This document shows, one piece after another, positions 28,004 through 37,445 of a stretch of 48,810 nt of DNA (position 1 is its first letter; the number at the start of each line of letters is the position of its first letter). The translations under genes were made by a program, and so were the position numbers. The DNA is from a virus. The DNA lies in UHGV virus genome UHGV-1373739, one strand, 5' to 3'. The notes under the pieces were generated by a model that saw only the letters and a program-made list of their open reading frames with translations, did no database searches and was not told the origin of the DNA.

Positions 28004-30730
28004 ATGGGTAATTACTTTGATTTACACAGGCATGATGAAACTTCTTTTTTTGATGGGTTCGGAAAACCAATAGAACTTGCAAAACGAGCAAAAGAATTGG
28101 GATATACAGCACTAGGGTTGAGCAACCACGGAAATATAACAGGATTGGTACAACATTGGTTAGCCTGTAAAGAAGTAGGAATCAAACCAATATTAGGTTG
28201 TGAAGTGTATTTCCAACCAAAGTTTAACAAGAAGAATCCGCAGAGAAAGTCTTATCATTTGTGTTTGTTTGCACAGAACAAAACAGGATATGAAAACCTG
28301 TGTCACATTATGTCAGAAGCAAATATAAAACAGTTCTATTATAAACCGATTGTAGATTTTGGATTGTTGGAGAAGTATGCAGATGGGTTAATCTGTACAA
28401 CAGCGTGTATTGCTTCTGCAACAAGCCAAGCGATTATAAATGGAAACACAGGAACAGCAGGAAGGTTGCTTGATAAGTTCAAGAGAATATTTGGCAAGAA
28501 TCTATATGTTGAGATTCAGCCATATAAGATTGACAAAAAAGGAACACAACAGAAAACAGACTATGCTTTGATGGGGTTAGCAAGGGAACGGAAAATCAAG
28601 TGTATATTAACATCTGACAGCCATTTTGGGAGTAAGGAAGATTTTGATACTTATTGTAAAATGCACGAGATTGGCAAAACAACACTTGACGTTAAAAATA
28701 CATATTCCGAAAGATATATGCCTAGTGAATATGAGATAGAAGAACGATTTACAACAATCTACAAAAACAGGTTCAAAGATGCATTTAGTGTAGCAGAAAT
28801 GTTTGTTGACAATCTCAAAAAGCTACAGGATAGTGTGGAAGAAGATATACTTTCACAATGCGAGTTGGTTCTGCCTAAAATTGAAACAAATGGAGAATCA
28901 AGCGAAACAGTGTTGCGTAAGATGGTGCAACGAGGTTTAAAGAAACGAGGAAAGAATAAACGAGAATACATTGAAAGATGCAAACATGAATTAGATGTAA
29001 TACACTATCATGGTTTTGATGATTATTTCCTCATGGTACAGGACTATGTGAACTGGGCGAGAGAACATAACATAGCGGTTGGACCGGGTAGAGGTTCGGC
29101 GTGTAATTGTTTGGTAGCCTATGCGATTGGAATTACAGATGTGGATAGTATCAAGTATAATCTGGATTTTAGCCGATTTATGCGTAAGGAAAAGAAGAAG
29201 TTGCCAGATATAGACGTTGACTTTGAAACAGACAGACGACAGGACGTAATTGACTATGTTGTGAATAAATACAAAGGACAGGCGGTACAGATTTGTTCTT
29301 ATGGAGAATACAAGATTGACAACCTTGTAAATGACCTTGCAGGTGTATGTGGATTGCCTACAAGTGGTAAAGAATTAGATGAGTATGACAAGGAACAGAA
29401 CAAAAAGGTGGTTGCAGAAATCAAACGATTTATACGAGAGTATGAAGAGGATGGAAGATTAAACATGCAGTTACTTATGGAGGATGAAAGAACAGAAGAG
29501 TATAACAGCCAGTATGACAATATTATGAAACATTTTTCCAAGTTGTTTGGTAAAATTCGATATTTAGGAAAACATGCCGCAGGTGTGGCAGTAGTTGGTT
29601 CTGATATATCGAATTATACAGCGGTGATTCGCAAGGGTGATATGTTCAGTAGTAGTTATGACCTTAATGACCTAGAACATATTAACTGTACAAAGTTTGA
29701 TATGTTAGGACTAAAAACAATGTCAGAGTTAAGAGAGTTGGAAGAACATACAAACCATATCGTAACAGATGAGGATAGAGAAGAACAAGAAATATATGAA
29801 CGATTCCGAGAAGGAAAAACAGATGGAATATTCCAGATGGAAAAATCAGCACCAAAAAAGATTCTGGGCATGATAAAGTGTGATTGTATCGAAGATGTTA
29901 TCGCAGTAAATGCTTTAAACCGTCCTGCGCCGTTACAATTAAAGATGCACGAAACATATGCATATAACAAGTTGTCTGGAAAAGTGGACAAAAGCACACC
30001 ATATTATAAATACACAAAAGAAACATACGGAACAATGTTGTATCAAGAGCAGACCGTTGAGGTTGCACAGAGGTTAGGGCATCTGACACCGCAACAGAGT
30101 TTTGATTTGTTAAAGATTATGAAAAAAGCGGAGAATCAGAACAAACCAGAGTATATACCAATCATCGAACAGATGAAAAAGGATTTTTTCAAAGGGTGCA
30201 GAAGTGAAGGACTTACGAAAGAACAAACAACAGAAATATGGGCGAGTATGCTTATTTATGGGTTTAACAAAGGACATAGTACAGGGTATACAATTATCAG
30301 CGTAGACCAGATGTGGTATAAGATTCATTTCCCTGCCGAGTTCTGGTATGTTAAAATGAAGTATGCTGGGAATGATGCAGATTTATACAAGTATTCACAG
30401 TTTGCAGTAAAAGATAGTGCTGTTGTGATGTTACCTCATGTGAATTACACAGCGGAGACATCTATGCGTATGATGGATGGGGAAAATGTTATACAGCAAG
30501 GGTTGAGCATTATTAAGGGAATCGGAGAAAAAGTGGCAGAAGCAATCGAACATGAAAGAAAAGAACATGGAGTGTTCCGAGACTATGACGATTTCTATGA
30601 CAGGTGCAAAGGAAGAACAGTAACAACAAGAGTAATTGACATTTTAAAGGAACAGGGAGCATTGGAGTTTAACAAGCGACGTTATTTGTCAAGGGTGGTA
30701 AAGTATAACAGCAGTTTGTTGGGGCGTTAA
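28004..30730 (+). CDS. dnaE: DNA polymerase III alpha subunit (DnaE-type, PHP + polymerase core)
   Basis: N-terminal PHP motif FDLHRHDETSFFDG; LCLFAQNKTGYENLCHIMSEA; GSACNCLVAYAIGITDVD; DIDVDFETDRRQDVIDYVVNKYG match DnaE/PolC polymerase motifs. Confidence 0.85.
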   Translation: MGNYFDLHRHDETSFFDGFGKPIELAKRAKELGYTALGLSNHGNITGLVQHWLACKEVGIKPILGCEVYFQPKFNKKNPQRKSYHLCLFAQNKTGYENLCHIMSEANIKQFYYKPIVDFGLLEKYADGLICTTACIASATSQAIINGNTGTAGRLLDKFKRIFGKNLYVEIQPYKIDKKGTQQKTDYALMGLARERKIKCILTSDSHFGSKEDFDTYCKMHEIGKTTLDVKNTYSERYMPSEYEIEERFTTIYKNRFKDAFSVAEMFVDNLKKLQDSVEEDILSQCELVLPKIETNGESSETVLRKMVQRGLKKRGKNKREYIERCKHELDVIHYHGFDDYFLMVQDYVNWAREHNIAVGPGRGSACNCLVAYAIGITDVDSIKYNLDFSRFMRKEKKKLPDIDVDFETDRRQDVIDYVVNKYKGQAVQICSYGEYKIDNLVNDLAGVCGLPTSGKELDEYDKEQNKKVVAEIKRFIREYEEDGRLNMQLLMEDERTEEYNSQYDNIMKHFSKLFGKIRYLGKHAAGVAVVGSDISNYTAVIRKGDMFSSSYDLNDLEHINCTKFDMLGLKTMSELRELEEHTNHIVTDEDREEQEIYERFREGKTDGIFQMEKSAPKKILGMIKCDCIEDVIAVNALNRPAPLQLKMHETYAYNKLSGKVDKSTPYYKYTKETYGTMLYQEQTVEVAQRLGHLTPQQSFDLLKIMKKAENQNKPEYIPIIEQMKKDFFKGCRSEGLTKEQTTEIWASMLIYGFNKGHSTGYTIISVDQMWYKIHFPAEFWYVKMKYAGNDADLYKYSQFAVKDSAVVMLPHVNYTAETSMRMMDGENVIQQGLSIIKGIGEKVAEAIEHERKEHGVFRDYDDFYDRCKGRTVTTRVIDILKEQGALEFNKRRYLSRVVKYNSSLLGR

Positions 30731-30771
30731 AATGTTTCATGTGAAACGTACAAAACAAAGGTGGTGAGAAT

Positions 30772-31107
30772 ATGGAACAGTATATAGAAAAGAATGAATA
30801 TTCGCATAAAGTTGATGAGTTGAGACAGAACAGAGTACAGACATCATTTTATAAATATGGAAGTGCGAAACATAATTTTGGCAGGGGATATGTGAATGCA
30901 CTCAGAAGCAATGAAAAGTGTATCGAAGCATATAATAGAACAGGAAACAAAGAGTATTTGTTAGATGCTATGAATTACCTTATGTTTGAGTTCATGTACC
31001 CACAGAAAGATGGGGCATATTTTAAACCTACAGATAGCAAGGAATCGGCAGGAATTGAAGGAATCAGTATTAGAGAAATGGAGAGGATAAAAGAAAATGG
31101 CTACTAA
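30772..31107 (+). CDS. Hypothetical protein (111 aa)
   Basis: RBS AAAGGTGGTGAG. Confidence 0.5.
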   Translation: MEQYIEKNEYSHKVDELRQNRVQTSFYKYGSAKHNFGRGYVNALRSNEKCIEAYNRTGNKEYLLDAMNYLMFEFMYPQKDGAYFKPTDSKESAGIEGISIREMERIKENGY

Positions 31108-32032
31108 AACAAAAGGAATGAACAAAGAAGCGATTATGAAACTATGCTCAGAGATTTCAAAGAAAGAAGGAGAAGGGATTGTTTACAGTCTGGGAAGTAA
31201 AAATGGAGTGTTAAACATTCCTCGTTGGAGAACAGGACTTCCAGACCTTGATGCAATTATAGGGGGAGGGGTACCAAGGGGAAGAACAATAGAAATATTC
31301 GGGGCAGAATCAGCAGGTAAAACAACGCTTGCTTATCAGTTTTGCGCACAACATGAAATGTGTCTTAATATTCCGATTGAGGGTACGTTTGATGCAGAAC
31401 GTGCAAAGTTATTCGGGAACAGACCAAAACAAATGCTAGTATACAGAGCGAGGTATGGTGAAAAGGCTTTTAACAGGGCAATCAGATTTGCAGAAGAAGG
31501 AATACCGCTGATTATAATTGATAGTGTTCCATCTATGCAACCGAAAGATGACATTGACAAAATAAGAAAAGCAGTGAACACAGATAGCGAACAAGAAATG
31601 CGGATAGGTGGAGTTGCAAGGCTCATGGACAAATACTTGCCTACACTTGAGGATGTGATTGAACAAACAGGAACAACGGTTGTGTTTATAAACCAGATTA
31701 GGGATAAAATGAATGCATTGCCTTTTGGAGATAACATACAAACGCCTGGAGGTCATAAGTTGAAACATAGTGCAAGTCTTAGAATACAAGTCGCACGAAA
31801 AGGTTATATTGACATTCCGAACCACAACCCTTATAATAGTGCAAATAAAGAAACGATTGGCATGATTATGAAGTGCAAGGTTGTTAAGTCAAAGGTATGC
31901 AATCCAAAAGGAGAATGCGAGATACCGTTATTTTATGAAAGAGGTTTTGTAGATTTTGCAGACCTAGATATTGTAAGAAAAGAAATCATGGCAGAACATA
32001 AACAGAAGTATAAGGAAATGTTAGAAGATTGA
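31097..32032 (+). CDS. RecA-family recombinase (Sak4/RadA-like)
   Basis: IPRWRTGLPDLDAIIGGGVPRGRTIEIFGAESAGKTTLAYQ matches RecA L1/Walker A region. Confidence 0.75.
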   Translation: MATKTKGMNKEAIMKLCSEISKKEGEGIVYSLGSKNGVLNIPRWRTGLPDLDAIIGGGVPRGRTIEIFGAESAGKTTLAYQFCAQHEMCLNIPIEGTFDAERAKLFGNRPKQMLVYRARYGEKAFNRAIRFAEEGIPLIIIDSVPSMQPKDDIDKIRKAVNTDSEQEMRIGGVARLMDKYLPTLEDVIEQTGTTVVFINQIRDKMNALPFGDNIQTPGGHKLKHSASLRIQVARKGYIDIPNHNPYNSANKETIGMIMKCKVVKSKVCNPKGECEIPLFYERGFVDFADLDIVRKEIMAEHKQKYKEMLED

Positions 32033-32196
32033 TGCATTTTTATTGTATCAGATTCAATAGAACATACATTGGTAATGGTAGTACAGAACATAGGTTTTTC
32101 GTTTATGCCGAAACAAGATTGGAGGCAGTGAAGAGATTCCGTGCTACAACAGGTTACAAAAGTGATTGCATTATTTCTGTCCATGTGGTATCATAG
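32032..32196 (+). CDS. Unlisted small ORF (54 aa) translationally coupled to recombinase (TGATG)
   Basis: MHFYCIRFNRTYIGNGSTEHRFFVYAETRLEAVKRFRATTGYKSDCIISVHVVS; fills an otherwise 185-nt gap; stop followed by the next gene RBS. Confidence 0.45.
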   Translation: MHFYCIRFNRTYIGNGSTEHRFFVYAETRLEAVKRFRATTGYKSDCIISVHVVS

Positions 32197-32217
32197 AGAA
32201 AAAGGAGAACAAAACAA

Positions 32218-33027
32218 ATGGGATTGATGGATGAAATCAAACGAGAAGCGGAAGGGAATCGAACAAAGATACAGAGCAGTCAAGAAGCGGAATTGGAACA
32301 CAAGTTGAACGCATTGCATTATCTGGATAAGGACATAAAGAAGGAATTGCAGTTTTTAAAATCAGTAATGACAAGAGGACAGGAAACAGCAGAGAGAAAA
32401 GGACTTCATGCAAGTGCTATTATTGTTTCAGATGATAAGTTTTGTTACAGACAGCAAGTGTTGAGTTTGTTTTACAAACAGGCACAGGGAGAACAAGTAC
32501 CAGTTGGATTGAAGCGGATATTTTCAGAGGGTGATGCAATACATGAAAAGTGGCAACGATTGTTTATTCGTGGAGGGTATGCAGAACCGTTAGATTGTGA
32601 TTTCAGCCGATTCAATGAAGAATTTGACCTTTCCTATACGCCAGACATTATTTGTGATATAGACGGTGTAGAAATGGTTGGAGAAATAAAATCAGTAAAT
32701 ACGTTCCAGTTTAAGAAACAGAAATACCATGTTTCTGGAAGGAAGCAGTTACAGTTGTATATGTATTTAACAGACATCCATGATGGTTTTGTTTTGTGCG
32801 AGGATAAGAACACGCAAGAAATAAAAGTATATTTGTATAAGTTCAACTACAAAGAGGTTGAACCATACATAGCAAGGTTGGAGAAAGTGCAGTATTACAA
32901 ACACAGAATTGAAACAAAAGGAAAACTTGTACAGAGACATGAAAAGTGTACAGGGTATCATTGCAAGATGGCAGAACAATGTCCGATGCGTGAAGTATGT
33001 TATGGAAAGAAAAAAGAAAGGATATAA
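32218..33027 (+). CDS. PD-(D/E)XK nuclease, Cas4/RecB-exonuclease-like with C-terminal Cys cluster
   Basis: DIDGVEMVGEIKSV (D..EIK) motif; C-terminal CTGYHCKMAEQCPMREVC. Confidence 0.65.
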   Translation: MGLMDEIKREAEGNRTKIQSSQEAELEHKLNALHYLDKDIKKELQFLKSVMTRGQETAERKGLHASAIIVSDDKFCYRQQVLSLFYKQAQGEQVPVGLKRIFSEGDAIHEKWQRLFIRGGYAEPLDCDFSRFNEEFDLSYTPDIICDIDGVEMVGEIKSVNTFQFKKQKYHVSGRKQLQLYMYLTDIHDGFVLCEDKNTQEIKVYLYKFNYKEVEPYIARLEKVQYYKHRIETKGKLVQRHEKCTGYHCKMAEQCPMREVCYGKKKERI

Positions 33028-33031
33028 AAAA

Positions 33032-33256
33032 ATGGAAATTGATAAAATTACACCAGAAACAGAAGAGAGAAAAATAAAAGTAACAGAAGCAGAAGTAATT
33101 GTAAGAAGATGTAATACAGGTTTTTATTTTGAAATTAAATACAAAAGGGCAGGGGAAGAACATTATAATATTGGTTATGGGTCATGTAATATTCATATTG
33201 TATTTGATTGGTTAGATAGATGTTTTGAATTTGTATCACCACAGAAAGGAAACTAA
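33032..33256 (+). CDS. Hypothetical protein (74 aa)
   Basis: ATG after stop of nuclease; ORF-track 32909 start overlaps upstream gene. Confidence 0.4.
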   Translation: MEIDKITPETEERKIKVTEAEVIVRRCNTGFYFEIKYKRAGEEHYNIGYGSCNIHIVFDWLDRCFEFVSPQKGN

Positions 33257-33257
33257 A

Positions 33258-33335
33258 ATGGACAGGATTATTGGTTTTTGTTTGTGGATTGTGGCAGGCT
33301 TTATTATAGGAGCTGTATTATCAAAATTTCTATAA
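33258..33335 (+). CDS. Possible 25-aa hydrophobic peptide MDRIIGFCLWIVAGFIIGAVLSKFL
   Basis: ATG 9 nt after GAAAGGAAAC; single predicted TM helix. Confidence 0.25.
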   Translation: MDRIIGFCLWIVAGFIIGAVLSKFL

Positions 33336-33395
33336 AAGAACAAATTGAAGCATTGAAACAAACAGCAAGATTTTATAAGAAGAGGATAATAAAAC

Positions 33396-34193
33396 GTGAA
33401 GAAGAAAACAGTTGATAAGGATTACAAAAAGAGATTTGAGAAAGGTTTTAAAATGTTATGTAACAGCAAATCATTATATACCGTGTGGAGTGATTGTATG
33501 GCTTTATTTGCCATTACATTAGCAAACACATGTATTTTACCATTAGCAAATGAAGAACCTTATAAAAGCATATATACAGAACGAGAAAATGAATATTTAC
33601 GCATTATCAACAATTATTCAAAAAAAGAACAGAAACTTTTCCCACAAATGTTTGCATTAATTGTAGAAGAGTTAGAAGAAAGACCGAATCAAGATTTGTT
33701 AGGACAGTTGTATATGAATTTGGAAATATCTAACAAAAATGCAGGACAATTCTTTACGCCATACAGTGTGTGTGAAGCAATGTCAAATCTTACAATCAAT
33801 AGAAAAGAACTTGGAAAAACAGTACATAAAAAAGGTTATGCAAGCATATATGACCCTACATGTGGTGCAGGTGCAACACTTATAAGTGCAAGCGAAACAT
33901 GCAAAGAAATGTTTCATAAATATAACTATCAGAATCATGTTTACTTTGTAGGACAAGACATAGACATAACTTGTGTTCATATGTGTTATATTCAATTAAG
34001 TTTACATGGACTTGCAGGCTATGTGATACATGATAATTCATTAACTAAACCAGAACCAGTATTACCAGATGATTTTGAAAAGATATGGTTTACACCTATG
34101 TACTTTAATAATGTATGGACAATGCGTAGATTGTTTCATGGACAGGACATTTTAGGCAGAGAAAGGAAACGAGAGGGAGATGAAAAAGCATGA
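33396..34193 (+). CDS. N6-adenine DNA methyltransferase-like protein (gamma class fold) lacking motif IV
   Basis: Motif X GQFFTPYSV and motif I IYDPTCGAGATL present; no (D/N)PP(Y/F/W) anywhere in protein (IHDNSL at expected position); AT-rich island. Confidence 0.6.
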   Translation: MKKKTVDKDYKKRFEKGFKMLCNSKSLYTVWSDCMALFAITLANTCILPLANEEPYKSIYTERENEYLRIINNYSKKEQKLFPQMFALIVEELEERPNQDLLGQLYMNLEISNKNAGQFFTPYSVCEAMSNLTINRKELGKTVHKKGYASIYDPTCGAGATLISASETCKEMFHKYNYQNHVYFVGQDIDITCVHMCYIQLSLHGLAGYVIHDNSLTKPEPVLPDDFEKIWFTPMYFNNVWTMRRLFHGQDILGRERKREGDEKA

Positions 34194-34797
34194 TTATGTG
34201 ATAGGAATAGACCAATCCTACACAAGAACAGGAATAACAGTTTTAAAAGACAAAGAAGTAGTTGAAATGTTCAGCCTTAATTATGAGCATTGCAGAAACA
34301 ATTCAGAGAAACGTACAGCGCTGGAGAATACATTACATGAAATGGTATTAGACCATAACATAGTGAACCCATTGGTGATTACAGAACGTATACGTCTGCG
34401 TTCACAGGGTTTCCTCTCAGAAGCCTATATTAAATCAACAGGTGCGTTAATTGCTACTATCATAGATTTCTTCCATTATTACAACGAAATCCCTGTATAT
34501 AGTGTTGATACACGTTCGTGGAAATCTCAAATAATCGGGAACAGTAAACCATTGAACAATCCATATGGAATCAACCCAGAGAAGTACCGTACAATCTTGT
34601 ATTTAAGGGATAGAGGGCTTTTAAAGTATATAGTGGAAGAATATAAGGGCAAAGGTAAAAAAGGCGTTATAAACGTCAAAATAGATGGAAAGAAAGTACC
34701 TTGTACAATCAATGATGATTTAGCTGACTCTTATTGCATTGCCTTGTATGGGTATTTACCTAAAACAAAACAAAAGTTGAAGGAGGAAAAGTTTTGA
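34180..34797 (+). CDS. RuvC-like Holliday junction resolvase (phage-type)
   Basis: N-terminal VIGIDQSYTRTGITVL and C-terminal DDLADSYCIALYG acidic catalytic motifs. Confidence 0.7.
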   Translation: MKKHDYVIGIDQSYTRTGITVLKDKEVVEMFSLNYEHCRNNSEKRTALENTLHEMVLDHNIVNPLVITERIRLRSQGFLSEAYIKSTGALIATIIDFFHYYNEIPVYSVDTRSWKSQIIGNSKPLNNPYGINPEKYRTILYLRDRGLLKYIVEEYKGKGKKGVINVKIDGKKVPCTINDDLADSYCIALYGYLPKTKQKLKEEKF

Positions 34798-35075
34798 TAT
34801 GTAATATTAGAACATTTGAAAAAGGAACAAAACAAGTAAAATGCTTCAAAACAAAATATAAAAACATTGTGATTTGTAAATTGAATAACAGATGTTATAG
34901 CATTACCCATTATAAAACAGGTGTTGCATTGAGCTTTGATAGATACAAAACAAAGAAAGAAGCAATCAATAATATTGAAAGTACAATCAAAGAAGTAAAT
35001 AGAAGATTAAAAGAAAACAAAACTACAATGAAACAATTTTGTAAACAAAAAGAAATTGAACAAATAAATTTTTAG
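34794..35075 (+). CDS. Small basic protein (93 aa), TTG start coupled to upstream gene
   Basis: AGGAGG 8 nt upstream of TTG. Confidence 0.4.
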   Translation: MICNIRTFEKGTKQVKCFKTKYKNIVICKLNNRCYSITHYKTGVALSFDRYKTKKEAINNIESTIKEVNRRLKENKTTMKQFCKQKEIEQINF

Positions 35076-35126
35076 GGTGTGAACAATCATGCCCTAATTT
35101 TATTGCAATAAATCAAAACAAAACGC

Positions 35127-35155
35127 TTTACATTGCTCTGGATGTGTGTTATTAT
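35127..35155 (+). promoter_or_regulatory. Promoter (TTTACA, 17 nt, TGtTATTAT) with upstream AAAACGCTTTACA box
   Basis: Hexamers read from sequence. Confidence 0.4.
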
Positions 35156-35247
35156 ATAACCATAGAGTTAAGCAGAGATGGTTAGCAAACACTCAAGATG
35201 CAACAATAACAGATTGAAACAAAAACAAAGAAATTTAACAAAACGTG

Positions 35248-35276
35248 TTTACATTTGTTTTGTGTTGTGTTATGAT
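35248..35276 (+). promoter_or_regulatory. Promoter (TTTACA, 17 nt, TGtTATGAT) with upstream AAAACGTGTTTACA box
   Basis: Hexamers read from sequence; tandem to 35127 promoter. Confidence 0.4.
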
Positions 35277-35322
35277 ATAGTCACAAAGGAAATGGAGAAC
35301 AAAACGAGAAGGAGTTAAGAAC

Positions 35323-36111
35323 ATGATTAAAAAAGAAATAGAAGGAAGTAAGGTAATAATTTTTAACAGCATTTCAGAAGTTGTACAATTCAATCGAGAA
35401 ACAGAAAGAACAAATTTTTATCAGAGTTATCATATATCAGATGAGGTTGGAAGATATTCATTTACAAAAACAAACAGTTATGAAGAAGCAGAGGACTTAT
35501 TGCTTCATGGTTGGGATGAAATGGCAGAAAAGCTGACAAAGAAGGTAAGCAATGTAAAATGTCAGAATGGATATAAAAATAAAACAGTGTATGGTGTACA
35601 GGGTTATCAAGCTTGTGTTCCAAGATATTTACAGGGTATGCCAGATAGTATGGTATCGAGCAAAAGAATTACAACAAAACAGAAAGTGTTAAACATTGTT
35701 AAAGATTTCGGATATTCTGGAGCAACGTCAGCAGAAACAATCGAAAATGAAAGCATAAAAGTCCTAAAGGCTGTGAACGAATTAGAGTTGACAGGGTATA
35801 GGGTGAATTTGAGCATTACATTTGTAAGCAGATGCAGTGGATGTTACAGAAGTATAGTAGTTAAAATAAAAAATGCTTCACAAAGAATGAACATTAAACA
35901 GATGGCTTTCCCATTGGTGCATCCTAGTATGTTCCGAAGAATTGTGTTTGGATTGATTGAGAGATTACCAGAAACAGAATGTTTTGGCTATGGATATGGA
36001 ACATGCACAGAGTATAACGAAACAAAACATTTATTTAAGGGAGATTATTTTATTCCTCGTATTGTTTCAGAAACAGAGATTACAGACATCGAAAAGTACA
36101 AAATAAATTAA
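35323..36111 (+). CDS. Hypothetical protein (262 aa), upstream partner of AAA_5 ATPase
   Basis: RBS GAAGGAG. Confidence 0.55.
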   Translation: MIKKEIEGSKVIIFNSISEVVQFNRETERTNFYQSYHISDEVGRYSFTKTNSYEEAEDLLLHGWDEMAEKLTKKVSNVKCQNGYKNKTVYGVQGYQACVPRYLQGMPDSMVSSKRITTKQKVLNIVKDFGYSGATSAETIENESIKVLKAVNELELTGYRVNLSITFVSRCSGCYRSIVVKIKNASQRMNIKQMAFPLVHPSMFRRIVFGLIERLPETECFGYGYGTCTEYNETKHLFKGDYFIPRIVSETEITDIEKYKIN

Positions 36112-36130
36112 AAATATTTTAAAATAACTA

Positions 36131-36159
36131 TTGACTTTTATATATTGTTATATTATAAT
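36131..36159 (+). promoter_or_regulatory. Promoter (TTGACT, 17 nt, TATAAT)
   Basis: Consensus hexamers. Confidence 0.45.
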
Positions 36160-36212
36160 ATAGTTACAAGGTAAGAGATAAAACAAAACAATCAGTGAAG
36201 GAGAAGAGGAAA

Positions 36213-37352
36213 ATGAAAACAAGAACATTTGTAGAGGTTATCAAAAAAGACGAGGAACATGTAGTTGCTAGAACAAAAACAGATTTTGGTGTTATTGATA
36301 TTAAAAGGACATTCAGAAAACATACAAAGGAAATCAGAGAGTTAAAGAAACGGGGTATCTACTGCTTTGAAATACAAGGCGTGTTATATTGGTATACATT
36401 CAATGAACTTGGATTCGGAACACAGTATAAAGAACCAGAGAACTTCCGAGCAGAAGATAGAACAACAGATGAACTTCGCAGAGCAGGAAGGAAAGACAAA
36501 GCAGTTGTTGATGGTAGCGTAGAATTAAGAATACCAGAGGTTAAGAAGGAACAGAATGAAGTCAAAAAGGAAGAACCAAAAGAGGATTGGAACAAAGAAG
36601 TGAAACACAGCAAGTTCGATATGATTAAGGCTTGCATAGAAAATGACATTCCTGTTTATCTTACAGGACCAGCAGGAAGTGGAAAAAACTACACACTGGA
36701 ACAGATTAGTTGGGAACTTGGTTTAGAGTTTTACTTTACAAACAGTGTTCAGCAGGAATACAAACTGACAGGTTTCATTGATGCAGGTGGACAGTACCAT
36801 GAAACAGAGTTCTACAAGGCATTTAAAAACGGAGGGATTTTCTTCCTCGATGAAATGGATGCAAGTATTCCAGAAGTTCTGGTTTTACTCAATGCGGCAA
36901 TCGCAAACAGATACTTTGAGTTTCCAAATGGTAAAATCAAAGCACACAAAAACTTCCGTGTTGTTGCGGCAGGAAACACAGTTGGAAGTGGTGCAGATGA
37001 AATGTATACAGGACGTTTGGTATTAGACCAAGCAACTCTGGATAGATTTGCAATCATTGATTTTGGTTATGACCGAAACATTGAAATGCACATTGCAAAA
37101 GGAAACAAAGAACTTGTTGATTTTGTGGAAGCAATCAGAACAGAAGCAAATACAAATGGAATCAGAGCAACATTCTCATATCGTTGTATTGGAATGGTAA
37201 CAAAGTTGGAAAGAACAGGAATTGAATTAAAGGACATCCTTGCGATAGCAGTATTCAAAGGAATGGAGAAAGATACCATTAACAATTTCAGATTGTACAC
37301 ACTGAATAATAAATACAAAACAGCACTGAATGAATTACAGAGGGTAGCCTAA
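36213..37352 (+). CDS. AAA_5 (MoxR/CbbQ-like) ATPase with ~150-aa N-terminal extension
   Basis: Walker A LTGPAGSGKNYT, Walker B IFFLDEMD, sensor region FRVVAAGNTVG..LDQATLDRF; ATG 36213 with GAAGGAGAAGAGG RBS. Confidence 0.7.
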   Translation: MKTRTFVEVIKKDEEHVVARTKTDFGVIDIKRTFRKHTKEIRELKKRGIYCFEIQGVLYWYTFNELGFGTQYKEPENFRAEDRTTDELRRAGRKDKAVVDGSVELRIPEVKKEQNEVKKEEPKEDWNKEVKHSKFDMIKACIENDIPVYLTGPAGSGKNYTLEQISWELGLEFYFTNSVQQEYKLTGFIDAGGQYHETEFYKAFKNGGIFFLDEMDASIPEVLVLLNAAIANRYFEFPNGKIKAHKNFRVVAAGNTVGSGADEMYTGRLVLDQATLDRFAIIDFGYDRNIEMHIAKGNKELVDFVEAIRTEANTNGIRATFSYRCIGMVTKLERTGIELKDILAIAVFKGMEKDTINNFRLYTLNNKYKTALNELQRVA

Positions 37353-37375
37353 CATGGCTACCTGTTCTGTTGTCT
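37342..37375 (+). terminator. Hairpin GGGTAGCC-TAACAT-GGCTACC + U-rich tail overlapping the ATPase stop codon
   Basis: Perfect 7-bp stem read from sequence. Confidence 0.45.
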
Positions 37376-37411
37376 GAAACAAAACAAATTGAAAAAGTTT
37401 TACAAAACGTG

Positions 37412-37445
37412 TTGACTTATTCCTAGCCCTGTGTTACTATATAAT
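37412..37445 (+). promoter_or_regulatory. Promoter (TTGACT, 17 nt, TGtTACTAT/TATAAT) with upstream ACAAAACGTGTTGAC box and downstream CAAGTTAAGGGAAA leader
   Basis: Hexamers and conserved leader. Confidence 0.5.

Noticed and set aside
30731-30771. GTTTCATGTGAAAC as a rho-independent terminator
   Set aside because: Only a 5-bp AU-rich stem with no U-tract; reported instead as a possible protein or processing site
35118-35135. T4 MotA-box-like GCTTTA in a promoter -35 region
   Set aside because: Only one of three related promoters matches, and the phage is not T4-like; likely coincidence
36778-37026. 82-aa + strand ORF inside the AAA_5 ATPase gene (alternate frame)
   Set aside because: Embedded out-of-frame within a confidently called gene; no RBS
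36213-37352. McrB-like GTPase (restriction) interpretation of the AAA_5 protein
   Set aside because: No contiguous NTAD motif and no McrC-like partner downstream; fits generic MoxR/AAA_5 better
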